A stretch of 64,000 bases of DNA, taken from Pseudomonadota bacterium. GTDB lineage: Archaea > Thermoplasmatota > SW-10-69-26 > JACQPN01 > JAJPHT01. The position numbers were made by a program, and so were the translations under genes. The notes below the pieces were generated by a model, which had not been told where the DNA came from, searched no databases, and saw only the letters and a program-made list of their open reading frames with translations. Shown here piece by piece: positions 1 to 14,644 of this stretch. How positions within the stretch are numbered: position 1 is the first letter of the stretch; the number at the start of each line of letters is the position of its first letter. The DNA lies in NCBI GenBank assembly GCA_021325135.1, contig JAJPHT010000046.1, forward strand, positions 96,001 through 160,000, written 5' to 3'.

Positions 1-975
1 AAGGCGTTCCGCGAGGCCGACCGCATCGAGATCAACCTGGGCGACTACACCACCGTGACGCCCAGCGACGCGCGCCTGGAGATCAAGGACGAGTTCCCCG
101 CCCCCGAGGCGGGCGGAGCCCGCGTCAGCGCGGAGCACAAGCTTCGCGACCTGCGCGAAGGCCAGAGCAGCGTCACCGTCGTGGGCCGCGTGCTGGACCT
201 GCGCGAGAAGACCATCAGCACGGCCAACGGCCAGAAGACCCTCGTGGAGGGCGAATTGGCCGACGAGACGGGCCGCGCGCCCTTCAGCGCGTGGGAGCCC
301 GAGAAGCTCCCCGCCGAGATGAAGCAGAACAGCGTCGTGCGCGTCAAGGGCGCCTACGTGCGCTCCTTCCGCGGCATCCCCAACCTCAACTTCGGCCAGT
401 ACGCCACCGTCGAGGTGCTGCCCGACCGCACGCTCCCCAACGCCGAGGAGCTTGACAAGCCCAAGCCGTTCCACCTGGGCGAGCTGGAGGCCGCCGGCGG
501 CGGCCAGGGCGTCATGGTGGAGGGCGTCGTGCTGGAGGTCAAGAAGGGCAGCGGCCTCATCTTCCGCTGCGGCGCCGAAGGGTGCAACCGCGTGCTCCAG
601 AAGATGGAGTGCCGCGTCCACGGCAAGCAGAAGGGCCAACCGGATCTTCGCATCAAGGCCGTCCTGGACGACGGCCACGGCGCGGCCACGTTCTTCGCCA
701 ACCGCGAGGCGACGGAGAAGCTCCTGGGCAAGACGCTCGCGCAGTGCCAGGAGATGGCCCGCGACGCCATGACCATCGACGTCGTCTACGACGAGATCGT
801 GCCCAAGCTCACCGCGCGCCGCGTCGTCCTCACGGGCAACGCCAGCCACGACGAGTACGGGCTCCAGATCCTCGCCGGCGACCTCGCCTTCGCGCCCGAG
901 CGCGACGCCGAGGCGGAGGCCGAGAAGCTCTACGGCTCCATCGTCGAGATCCTCCAGGAGGTCGGTCCCCAGTGA
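1..975 (+). CDS. rpa: Replication protein A large subunit (OB folds plus zinc finger), 5'-partial
   Basis: Frame is open from base 1; OB-fold motifs (G.LADETG...FSAW, DLRIKAVLDDG.G) and C-x4-C-x8-C-x2-H zinc finger (CGAEGC...CRVH). Confidence 0.85.
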   Translation, partial: KAFREADRIEINLGDYTTVTPSDARLEIKDEFPAPEAGGARVSAEHKLRDLREGQSSVTVVGRVLDLREKTISTANGQKTLVEGELADETGRAPFSAWEPEKLPAEMKQNSVVRVKGAYVRSFRGIPNLNFGQYATVEVLPDRTLPNAEELDKPKPFHLGELEAAGGGQGVMVEGVVLEVKKGSGLIFRCGAEGCNRVLQKMECRVHGKQKGQPDLRIKAVLDDGHGAATFFANREATEKLLGKTLAQCQEMARDAMTIDVVYDEIVPKLTARRVVLTGNASHDEYGLQILAGDLAFAPERDAEAEAEKLYGSIVEILQEVGPQ

Positions 976-1943
976 ACCCCGTCGCCAACGCCAACGAGGA
1001 GATGCAGGGCGAGGCCGGAGACGGCCGCGCCAAGCGCGAGGTCGCGCAGCGCGTCTTCGCCGCCGAGTTCAACGCCGCCGCGCACTCCTTCAAGGAGAGC
1101 GGCGACCGCAGCCCCACGTTCGTCGTCTCGCCCTTCGGCGCGAAGGTGAACCGCCTCTTCGCCGTGGGCGTGCTGACCAGCACCGAGAGCGTGGGCGCCA
1201 GCGGCGACCGCTACCGCGCGCAGGTCGTCGACCCCACCGGCGTGTTCAACGTCTACGCCGGCCAGTACGAGCCCGAGGCCACGGCGCAGCTCACCGAGAT
1301 CCGGCCCCCCGCCGTCGTCGCCATCGTGGGCAAGAGCCGCACCTACCAGCCCGAGAGCGGCGTGACCTACGTCAGCGTGCGCCCCGAGAGCATCCACGCC
1401 GTCGCCAAGGCCGACCGCGACGCGTGGATCCTGGACACGGCGCGCCACTCCATGCAGCGCCTCGACGCGCTGCGCGAGGCGCAGAAGATGGAGACGCCCA
1501 CCCCCAAGGCGCTGGAGGACCTGGGCTTCCCCAAGGACGTCGCCGAAGGCGTCTGCAAGGCCATCGAGCACTACGGCAAGGCCGACCTCGCCCGCTACGC
1601 GACGCTCATCCGCGACGCGCTGGAGAGCCTCCTCCCCGGCGGCGCCGAGAAGATGGGCGCCGTGCCCGAGTTCGCCCCCGCCGCGGCGTCCATGCCCGCG
1701 CCCAAGGCGGCCGCCCCCAAGGCCCCCGCGGCGCCGCCCAAGGCCGCGGCCAGCGCGAACGAGGACGTCGTCATGGCGCTCTGCGAGAAGCTGGACGACG
1801 GCAAGGGCGCGCCCTGGGAGGACGTCGTCGCCGAGGCCGCCAGGAAGGGCATCGGCGAGGCCGAGGTCGAGGAGTGCCTCAACGCCCTCATGGACAAGGG
1901 GCAGGTCTACGAGCCGGTCCTGGGCCGGCTCAAGAGGACGTGA
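972..1943 (+). CDS. RPA-associated protein / RPA32-like subunit (OB fold plus C-terminal winged helix)
   Basis: GTG start overlaps the rpa stop (GTGA); REVA.RVFA.EF, NR.F.VG.LT, DPTG.F.VYAGQY.PEA, SVRPE motifs; Ala/Pro linker then EE.LN.LMDKGQVYEP.LG winged helix. Confidence 0.85.
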   Translation: MNPVANANEEMQGEAGDGRAKREVAQRVFAAEFNAAAHSFKESGDRSPTFVVSPFGAKVNRLFAVGVLTSTESVGASGDRYRAQVVDPTGVFNVYAGQYEPEATAQLTEIRPPAVVAIVGKSRTYQPESGVTYVSVRPESIHAVAKADRDAWILDTARHSMQRLDALREAQKMETPTPKALEDLGFPKDVAEGVCKAIEHYGKADLARYATLIRDALESLLPGGAEKMGAVPEFAPAAASMPAPKAAAPKAPAAPPKAAASANEDVVMALCEKLDDGKGAPWEDVVAEAARKGIGEAEVEECLNALMDKGQVYEPVLGRLKRT

Positions 1944-2003
1944 TATCACGGCGAAGCGTCCTCGCATGCCCCACGAGAGGCCCGGCGGGACCAGGCCGCG
2001 GCG

Positions 2004-2222
2004 CTAGGACGTGAGCCCGCCCCCGTAGGGGGGCTCCTCCTCGTCCTTGCGCAGCTGGAAGTCCTCGCGGGCCTTCACCGTGTAGAGGAAGCTCGCCAGC
2101 TGCACGGTGGCCTCCTGCTCCACCTTGCCGAACCGGCCCTCCAGCAGCGCGTAGGCCTCCTCGATGGCGTTCTCCACGGTGTAGCTCGGGGTCCGGCTGG
2201 ATTTGAATTTGGCAGGGGGCAT
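2004..2222 (-). CDS. Small hypothetical protein (72 aa)
   Basis: ATG ORF with host-like codon usage and normal composition. Confidence 0.55.
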   Translation of the reverse strand: MPPAKFKSSRTPSYTVENAIEEAYALLEGRFGKVEQEATVQLASFLYTVKAREDFQLRKDEEEPPYGGGLTS

Positions 2223-2280
2223 GGGCCTGCCCTTGCCGCGCCCTGGGAAGCGCCTTGTGGCCGGCTCGCCTGAGGCGCGC

Positions 2281-2994
2281 TCACGCGCGGGGGTGCAGCC
2301 GGGCGCGGTATTCGGCGACCAGGCAGCGCGCCTGGTGCGTCAGCTGGCCGAAGACGTCGCGCGCCTCGGCAAGGCTGCCTGGCCGCTGGGGTGTGGTCTC
2401 CCAAAGGTGGATGCGCTTGCCGCGGAACCCCTCGGTGAGGCGCGGCGCCTCGCCCACGCTCACGAAGGCGACCGCCTGCGCGGCCGCGTCCTCCAGCGGG
2501 CGCGCGTCGTCGGAGGCGAGGACAAGGCCGCGCTCGCGCATCGCCTCCCCCACGTGGGGCTCGGGCGGGAGCGGGCGGCCCGCCGCGGCGCGGAACACGT
2601 CGATGGCGGGCGGCGCGTGCGCGCGCAGGATGGCCTGCGCCATGCGCGGGACCGCGCCGTCGTGGCGTGCGACGACGCAGAGCCCCACGCGGGGGTGAGC
2701 CGCGGCGGGCGCGGCCTGCGCAGGGGGCGCCAGGGCGGAGGCGCGCGCGAGGAGCGTCTCGGGCGTGGCGTCGCGCTGCGCGACCCACCACGCGGCGCTG
2801 CGCTGCGCGGCCAGGGCCAGCACGCGCGGGTCGTCCGGCGCGGCGAGGTCCGCAAGGCGCGCCAGGGCGGCGCGGCGGATGGCGAGGGCGAAGCGCACCT
2901 CGCCGTTGGACCCTTCAAGCGGCGCGAGCAGGGCGATCCTCCGAAGCGGGAGTCCCGCGAGGGGGGCTTGAAGCCTGCGGTGGCGGCCTGGCAC
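2281..2994 (-). CDS. Hypothetical protein with a degenerate LMW-PTP/ArsC-like C-terminal domain
   Basis: Residue pattern parallels ArsC (RMAQAILR, V.EAMRERG, HLW..P..GSL.EAR.V) but lacks CxxNxxRS; start uncertain. Confidence 0.45.
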   Translation of the reverse strand: MPGRHRRLQAPLAGLPLRRIALLAPLEGSNGEVRFALAIRRAALARLADLAAPDDPRVLALAAQRSAAWWVAQRDATPETLLARASALAPPAQAAPAAAHPRVGLCVVARHDGAVPRMAQAILRAHAPPAIDVFRAAAGRPLPPEPHVGEAMRERGLVLASDDARPLEDAAAQAVAFVSVGEAPRLTEGFRGKRIHLWETTPQRPGSLAEARDVFGQLTHQARCLVAEYRARLHPRA

Positions 2995-3029
2995 GGTGGG
3001 TCGGGCGGGTTACCCCGAGGTGGCCGCCC

Positions 3030-4070
3030 CTATGCGAGGAGGAGGCCGGCCGTGGCCTGGGGCGCCGCCGCCCGGGCCGGCAGGGGTCCGGGGGCCGGGC
3101 GCGGGGCGGGCGCCTCGCTCGACGCGAGGGGCGAGACGACCGCGCAGTCGCCCAGGTTCACGACGCAGAGGCCGCCGGCCTCGCACGAGCCCTGGTTGAC
3201 GACGCAGACGCCGCCGTCGCACTCGCCCGCGTTGACGCCGCAGTCGCCCCCGTTGCAGTGTCGGAGGTTCGCGCCGCAGACGCCGCCCTGGCACGTCAGC
3301 GTGTTGGCCCCGCAGATGCCGCCCTGGCAGGCGTTGGTGTTGGCGCCGCAGAGGCCGCTCTCGCAGACGTCCGTGTTGACGCCGCAGTCGCCGCCCTTGC
3401 ACGTCACGGTGTTGACGCCGCACGCGCCGCCCGTCTCGCACGAGGCGGCGTTCACGCCGCACACGCTCCGGCCTTCGCACGTCGCGATGTTCACGCCGCA
3501 AATCGCCCCCGACTCGCACGTCTGCGTGTTGGCGCCGCAGATGCCCAGCGACTCGCACGTGCCGGCGTTCGCGCCGCAGGCGCCCTCGGTCTCGCAGAGG
3601 CCGACGTTGACGCCGCAGATCGCTTCCGACTCGCACGTGGCCGCGTTCGCGCCGCAGATGCTCCCGCCTTCGCAGGTGGCCGCGTTGATGCCGCACGTGG
3701 CGTGGTCGCACGTCTCGCCCCCGAGGTCCGCGTTGACGAGGCAGGCGCCCGCGCACCACCCGTCGTTGTACGCGCAGAGCCCGGGCTGCGGGCACGCGGC
3801 GAGGTTGACGGCGACGCACGACGAGCCGCAGAAGCCGGTGTTCACGAGGCAGAGCCCCTGCGGATCGCAGTCGCCCGTGTTGACCTCGCAGTCTCCCTGG
3901 CACGTGCCGGCGTTGACGTTGCAGAAGAGGGGCGGGAGCGCGACGCTCGCGCAGAGGGTCGCGGCGCCCACGCCGATCTCCGCGCACGTCGCGGGCGCGG
4001 CGGAGGCGAGGCCCACGGCCGCGCCGGCGAGGGCCAGGAGGAGAAGCAGCGTCGAGGAGGTCGTGGCCAT
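3030..4070 (-). CDS. Secreted Cys-rich repeat protein (21 x C-x-x-N-x-x-x-C)
   Basis: Signal peptide MATTSSTLLLLLALAGAAVGLASA followed by mostly 11-14 aa repeats such as CGVNAASCETGGA. Confidence 0.8.
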   Translation of the reverse strand: MATTSSTLLLLLALAGAAVGLASAAPATCAEIGVGAATLCASVALPPLFCNVNAGTCQGDCEVNTGDCDPQGLCLVNTGFCGSSCVAVNLAACPQPGLCAYNDGWCAGACLVNADLGGETCDHATCGINAATCEGGSICGANAATCESEAICGVNVGLCETEGACGANAGTCESLGICGANTQTCESGAICGVNIATCEGRSVCGVNAASCETGGACGVNTVTCKGGDCGVNTDVCESGLCGANTNACQGGICGANTLTCQGGVCGANLRHCNGGDCGVNAGECDGGVCVVNQGSCEAGGLCVVNLGDCAVVSPLASSEAPAPRPAPGPLPARAAAPQATAGLLLA

Positions 4071-4110
4071 GGGCGCCGCGCCAGCGCGCGGCGTGGTCAT
4101 CAAGACGGTG

Positions 4111-4160
4111 GAGAAAAACGGTGAAAGGAAGAAGGGGCCCGGCTCGCGCGCCGGGCTGGG
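4111..4160 (-). terminator. Putative terminator of the RNAP operon
   Basis: On the minus strand a CCCGGC...GCCGGG hairpin followed by CTTCTTCCTTTC...TTTTTCT just after the rpoA'' stop. Confidence 0.5.
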
Positions 4161-4166
4161 GCGGGA

Positions 4167-9420
<5,254 letters not shown>

Positions 9421-9424
<4 letters not shown>

Positions 9425-11283
9425 ACGAGGTCCTCCAGCTGGAGGCGGGGGGCAACAGTCAACGACTTCAGCTCGTCCAGGAGCAGCTTGAACGCGTAGC
9501 TCATCTCCACGGGGAAGATGTCGGCGTCGTCGCCGCACGTGGGGCAGCGCATGAAGCCGCGGCGGTCCTGCATGGCGACGTGGCCGCACTGGCGGCAGAC
9601 CAGCTCGGTCACGCGGTCCGACTCGTCGAGGAGGCGGTCCTTGATGACCATGGCCGATCCGTGGCCGATGAGGCAGTCGCGCTCCATCTCGCCGAACCTG
9701 AGGCCGCCGTCGCGGGCGCGGCCTTCGGTGGGCTGGCGGGTGAGGATCTGCACGGGGCCGCGGCTGCGGGCGTGCATCTTGCCGGACACCATGTGGTGCA
9801 GCTTCTGGTAGAAGATGACGCCCACGAAGATCTCGGCCTCGATCCGCTCGCCGGTCATGCCGTCGTAGAGGACCTCCTTGCCGCTGTAGTCGAAGCCGTG
9901 GCGCAGGAGGGTGTCGCGGATGCTCGTCTCGTCGTCCTTGCCGGTGAAGGGCGTGCCGTCGAGGGTGCGGCCTTCGCGGGCGCCGACCTTGCCGCCCAGC
10001 AGCTCCAGCACGTGCGCGACGGTCATGCGCGACGGGATGCCGTGGGGGTTGACGATGAGGTCGGGCACCATGCCGTCGCTGTTGAAGGGCATGTCCTCGG
10101 GGTTGACCACGAGGCCGATGACGCCCTTCTGGCCGTGGCGCGACGCGAACTTGTCGCCAAGCTCGGGGATGCGCAGGTCGCGCACCTTGACCTTGACCAG
10201 GCGGCTGCCGTTGCTGCTCTCGGTGAACATCACCGAGTCGACGACGCCGTTCTCGCCGTGGCGCACGGTGACCGACGTCTCGCGGCGCTTCTGGGGCGTG
10301 AGGAAGTCCGAGGGCTCCTCCAGGAAGCGGGGGGGCGAGGTCTTGCCGATGAGCACGTCGCCGGACTTCACGTCCGCCTCGGGGGCGATGAGGCCGTCCT
10401 CGCCGAGGTTGGTGTAGGCGTCCTCGCTGCGGGCGCCCTTGACCTCGGGGGAGGGGATCTCGAAGTGGTCCTCCTGGCCGCCGGGGTAGCGCCTCTCCTC
10501 GGAGGCGTAGGTGCGGAAGAAGCTGCTGCGGCCCAGGCCGCGGTCGATGGCGGCGCGGTTCATGATGATGGCGTCTTCCATGTTGTACCCGTGATAGCTG
10601 ATCACGGCGACCACCATGTTCTGCCCCGAGGGGCGGCGGTCGAAGTTGATGTACTTCATGGAGTGCGTCTGCGTCATGGGCTGCTGCGGGTAGTGCATCA
10701 GGTGGCCGCGCGTCTCGGGGCGGATGCGGTAGTTGCTCTGCCCGAAGCCGAGGCTCTGCTTGCCCATGCCTGCGCCCATGGTGACGCGAGGCGCGGAGTT
10801 GTGCTCGGGGTAGACGACGATCCCCGACGCGATGCCCAGGATGACCATGGGGTCGATCTCCATGTGGCTGGGCGAGAGGGGGAGCTTGTGGGAGAGGAAC
10901 GCGGAGTGCTTCTCGCCGAGGTCCTTCTCGTCCAGGGCGATGAAGAGGTTCTCCTCCTCCTCGGCGTCGATGTACTCGACGACGCCCTCGCGCAGCAGGT
11001 CGCTCCACGTCATGCGGCCCTCCTTCAGGTCGCGCAGGTGCTCCTCGCTGACGAGGGGGCGCCCATCGCGAACGACGATGAGGGGGCGGCGGGGGCGGCC
11101 CGCGTCGCAGTTGATGATGACGTCGTTGGTGGCCTCGTCGTAGCGGACGTTGACCTCCGAGGTCAGGAGGCCCTGCCGGCGGCGGGCGCGGATCTTGTCG
11201 ACCAGCTCGCGGGGGTTGTCGTGCAGGCCCGCGAGGTCGCCGTTCACGAACACGCGGGCGCCTTCGATGTTCTGTTCCACCAT
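9421..11283 (-). CDS. rpoB1: DNA-directed RNA polymerase subunit B'
   Basis: [42 protein letters not shown]-terminal CxxC...CxxC zinc ribbon; start at MVEQNIEG. Confidence 0.97.
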
Positions 11284-11288
11284 GTGCT

Positions 11289-12860
11289 TCAGGCCCCCAG
11301 CTCGATGTCCTTGCTGTGGATCTCCTGGACTCCGAGGTCCCTGACGGTCTGCAGGACCTCCTTGTCCTCGTAGCCCTCGCTGATCTCCGTCATGAGGGCC
11401 ATGTTCTTCACGAGGCCGCAGTTGGGCCCTTCCGGCGTCTCGGCCGGACAGAGGCGGCCCCACTGGGTCGCGTGCAGGTCGCGCGCCTCGAAGTGAGGCT
11501 GCGAGCGCGTGAGCGGGCTGATGATGCGGCGCAGGTGCGAGAGCGTCGCGAGGTTGCTCGTGCGGTCCAGCAGCTGGCTGACGCCGGCGCGGCCGCCGAC
11601 CCAGTTGCCGGTGGCCAGCGCGTGCAGGAGGCGCTGCGAGAGCACGTCGCTGCGCACCGCGGTGCTGACCTTCAGCTCGCGGTTGCGCGAGTGCGCGCGC
11701 TCAAGCTGGTACTTCAGGTCCTTGACGAGGCCCGTGAAGGCGACGCGGAAGAGGTCCTCCATGAGGTCGCCGGCGAGCTTGAGGCGCTTGTTGGCGTAGT
11801 GATCCTTGTCGTCGGGCTCGGCGTGGCCGATGGCGAGCTCCAGCACGCTGCGCGCCATGCGGCCCAGGAAGATCGCCTTCTTCATGCGGTCGTCGGGGTC
11901 GTTGCCCAGGTGCGGCAGCAAGCTGCGGTCCATGAGGGACTCGACGCGCTTGATGCGGTACTCCTTGGCCTGGCCGCCGGCGAGCTTCTTGCCCAGGAAG
12001 GCCACGGCCTCCTCGCGGTTGGAGACGCCGTACTCGTTCACGGAGTCCTCGATGTTGCTCAGGACGAACGGCATCATCTCGGGGTCCGTGACGATGGCGT
12101 TCATGATGTCCTCGTCGGACTCCATGCCCAGCGCGCGCAGGAGCACGGTGAGGGGGAGCTGGCCCGAGGCCGCGGGGACGCTGACCATGAGGGTCGCGTC
12201 CTTCTTCATCTCCACGATGACCAGGGCGCGGTAGCCCTCGCGCTGCGAGAAGACCTTCGCGACGGGGACGTCGCGGCCGTAGCGCTTGTTGAACTCGACC
12301 ATCACGCGGTTGGGCGCGAGGTCTTCCAGCGAGATCAGCACGCGCTCCGTGCCGTTGATGATGAAGTAGCCGCCGATGTCCAGCGGGTCCTCCTGAAGCT
12401 CGATGAGGCGGCGGTAGTACTCCTCGGGCGTGAAGATGGTCCCCTCGTGGCGCTCGAGGTTCTCCTTGGTGATGTTGCACTTCGCCGACTTCACCATGAT
12501 GGGCATGTCGCCGATGCGCACCTCCTCGGGCTCGTGCTCGACGCCTTCGATGATGGGGATGAACTCGAGGTACATGGGCGCCTCGTAGGTGAGGTTCCTC
12601 AGCCTCGCCTCCATGGGCGTCAGCAGGCGCGTGGAGCCGTCGGCCTCCTTGACCAGGGGGTTGCCCACGCGGATCTTGCCCAGCTTGACCTCGTAGCCCT
12701 CGATGTCGGTGGTGATGGTGCCGCGCTCGGCCTCGTCGTCGCCCACCTTGATCTTGTCAATGATGTCCTGCAGCCAGTAGTTGATGAAGTCGTTGTAGGA
12801 CATGATGTGGTGGTTCGCGAGGGAACGCTCCCGATAGAACGAGTCAACAAGCTCACGCAT
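11289..12860 (-). CDS. rpoB2: DNA-directed RNA polymerase subunit B''
   Basis: [52 protein letters not shown]. Confidence 0.97.
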   Translation of the reverse strand: MRELVDSFYRERSLANHHIMSYNDFINYWLQDIIDKIKVGDDEAERGTITTDIEGYEVKLGKIRVGNPLVKEADGSTRLLTPMEARLRNLTYEAPMYLEFIPIIEGVEHEPEEVRIGDMPIMVKSAKCNITKENLERHEGTIFTPEEYYRRLIELQEDPLDIGGYFIINGTERVLISLEDLAPNRVMVEFNKRYGRDVPVAKVFSQREGYRALVIVEMKKDATLMVSVPAASGQLPLTVLLRALGMESDEDIMNAIVTDPEMMPFVLSNIEDSVNEYGVSNREEAVAFLGKKLAGGQAKEYRIKRVESLMDRSLLPHLGNDPDDRMKKAIFLGRMARSVLELAIGHAEPDDKDHYANKRLKLAGDLMEDLFRVAFTGLVKDLKYQLERAHSRNRELKVSTAVRSDVLSQRLLHALATGNWVGGRAGVSQLLDRTSNLATLSHLRRIISPLTRSQPHFEARDLHATQWGRLCPAETPEGPNCGLVKNMALMTEISEGYEDKEVLQTVRDLGVQEIHSKDIELGA

Positions 12861-12866
12861 GTGCTA

Positions 12867-13106
12867 TCACTCCACCACGTAACGGTACGCGATCGCCTCG
12901 CCCGCGGTCGGGCTCTTGCGACGGATGCGGACGATGTTGCCGGGCTTCGCGCGGATCGCGCGCGCCACGGCGTCGCTCGCATAGATCTTGGGGAACTGGT
13001 CGGGGGTGGCGCCGTACTTGTCGAGGATGGCGCGCGCTTCATCGTCCGAGAGGACCTCGTGGCGCGGGACGAGATCGTGCTTCATCACGTCGAATGCCTT
13101 GGGCAC
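12867..13106 (-). CDS. rpoH: DNA-directed RNA polymerase subunit H (Rpo5)
   Basis: H.LVP.HE.L, PKI..SD, R.SPTAG...YRYVV; GTG at 13106 follows an AAGGAG ribosome-binding site (alternative start 13115). Confidence 0.95.
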   Translation of the reverse strand: MPKAFDVMKHDLVPRHEVLSDDEARAILDKYGATPDQFPKIYASDAVARAIRAKPGNIVRIRRKSPTAGEAIAYRYVVE

Positions 13107-13108
13107 GG

Positions 13109-13228
13109 TTACCACTCCTTGAACATGGAGGAGACGCGCGCGCCCTTCGCGGGGCGGCGGCTGATATCAACGGCGGGCTCGCGCGGCGGGCGGCGGGCTT
13201 CCTTGGCGACGAGGTTCCCCTTCTGCAT
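13109..13228 (-). CDS. Putative 39-aa small protein heading the RNAP operon (MQKGNLVAKEARRPPREPAVDISRRPAKGARVSSMFKEW)
   Basis: Strong AGGAGAGGAG site before ATG, GC3-rich codons, stop 2 nt before the rpoH start; below the ORF-track cutoff. Confidence 0.5.
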   Translation of the reverse strand: MQKGNLVAKEARRPPREPAVDISRRPAKGARVSSMFKEW

Positions 13229-13304
13229 CCTGTCTCCTCTCCTTTCCCTCGGGGCGCGACGGCGCGGCATAGCGGGCGATGGTCCGGCGGCCGGCGGTCC
13301 CCAG

Positions 13305-13378
13305 CGGGCTTGGAGGGATTCGAACCCCCGACCATCCGGTTAAAAGCCGGACGCTCTACCTAGCTAAGCTACAAGCCC
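13305..13378 (-). tRNA. tRNA-Lys (anticodon UUU), no intron, CCA not encoded
   Basis: GGGCTTG/CAAGCCC acceptor stem, TCCGG-CTTTTAA-CCGGA anticodon arm, GGTTCGAATCC T arm. Confidence 0.96.
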
Positions 13379-13540
13379 TCCACGTTCGGCGAAGCGTGGG
13401 CTGGGGAAGACGGTCATCACGGCAACCCGGAACGACAACGGCGCCCGCATCCACGATCCTCGGCCGCATCGGTGCTTTCGCGCGATGGCAACCCCTGAGG
13501 GGGGTTTGGCGACCGTGATACGGGGTCTGGTATTTGAAGC

Positions 13541-14617
13541 TTAGCCTCCACCGGCGGCCTTGGAGCCCGGGGAGCCCACGTGGTCCATGGCGAGGATCGT
13601 GTAATACGCGGAGGCGCTGGCGCTCTCGAACCCGGCCGCGAGGGCGTCCTTGCCTCCGGCCTCCGCGATCATCGTGTCCATGGTGTCGTTGAGCTGGTGG
13701 TAGGCCCAGTAGTCGGTGGCGCTCTTCATGCCGGCCCAGCGCATGGTGGGGAAGCCCGCGGTGGCGAAGCTCCCCTCGTCGCTGTTGCGCGTGTCGTGGT
13801 TGTCGAACACCTGCACCGTCGCGTTGCCGCGCGGGTAGCCGAGATGGCGGAACGCGACGGCCTCCTGCACGGGGTTGAGGTCCGCGCTGTGGAGCTTCCC
13901 CGCGTAGATGCAGAGGCAGCCCGCCTTGCTGGGCCAGTTGATGCCCACCATGTCGAAGCCCACGTAGGTGACGACGTGCGCGCCGCCGGCCTTGAGGTCG
14001 TCCGCGTAGGCGCCGCTGGCCAGGAGCCCCTCCTCCTCGCCGTTGAACAGCGCGAAGACGAGGGTGCGCTCCGTCGTGACGTTGCGCAGCAGGCGCGCCA
14101 GCTCCATCACCATGGCGGTGCCGCTGCCGTTGTCGTAGGTCGCGTAGATTGTGAGGCCCGGGCCCACGGGCACGCCGGGGAGGACCGAGGGGCCCAGCGC
14201 GACGCTGGTGTCGTAGTGGCCGCCCACCACGATGACCTCGTCCGGGTGCGTCGTGCCCTTCTTCACGCCCAGCACGGCGCGCAGCGGCCCGTCCACGCTG
14301 GGAAGGCCCTGCGCATTGTAACGCTTGGAGGACGCCTCGTAGCCCATCGCCTTCAGCTGCGCCTCCAGGTCGTCGCCCGCGGCCTTCTCCAGGGGCGAGC
14401 CGGTGACGCGCGGGTGGTGCGCCGTGACGAACGCCTGGAGCCAGTCCGCGACGCCCTGCCCCTTGAGGTCGGGCTTGGGCGCGGCGCCCAGCGCGGCCAG
14501 AACGTCCTGCGTCGAGGCGTCCGCGGCGCTGGCCGTCGTCGTCGGAGCGGGGGTCTGCACGCAGCCCGCGAGCAGGGAGGCGCCCAGAAGGAGCGTGGCG
14601 AGTGCGACGGCGCGCAT
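13541..14617 (-). CDS. M28 family zinc aminopeptidase, lipoprotein
   Basis: Lipobox LLAGC; GGHYD, DNGSG, NGEEEGL, FDMVG, SDE, YHQ.NDT motifs. Confidence 0.88.
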   Translation of the reverse strand: MRAVALATLLLGASLLAGCVQTPAPTTTASAADASTQDVLAALGAAPKPDLKGQGVADWLQAFVTAHHPRVTGSPLEKAAGDDLEAQLKAMGYEASSKRYNAQGLPSVDGPLRAVLGVKKGTTHPDEVIVVGGHYDTSVALGPSVLPGVPVGPGLTIYATYDNGSGTAMVMELARLLRNVTTERTLVFALFNGEEEGLLASGAYADDLKAGGAHVVTYVGFDMVGINWPSKAGCLCIYAGKLHSADLNPVQEAVAFRHLGYPRGNATVQVFDNHDTRNSDEGSFATAGFPTMRWAGMKSATDYWAYHQLNDTMDTMIAEAGGKDALAAGFESASASAYYTILAMDHVGSPGSKAAGGG

Positions 14618-14644
14618 GGAGGCCGGCGCATCGCGCCCCCGCGC

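Noticed and set aside
3130-3930. Periodic DNA repeats that might suggest a CRISPR array
   Set aside because: Degenerate codon-level repeats of a protein motif, with no identical repeats separated by unique spacers
11283-11289. Split of RpoB into B'' and B'
   Set aside because: Well-known state in many euryarchaeal lineages
13305-13378. tRNA as an integration site
   Set aside because: I saw no duplicate of the tRNA 3' end and no integrase in the window
13379-13520. Possible 5S rRNA or known riboswitch
   Set aside because: Lacks the conserved 5S motifs (e.g. CCGAAC loop) and recognisable TPP, fluoride or c-di-GMP cores; kept only as an unassigned structured leader
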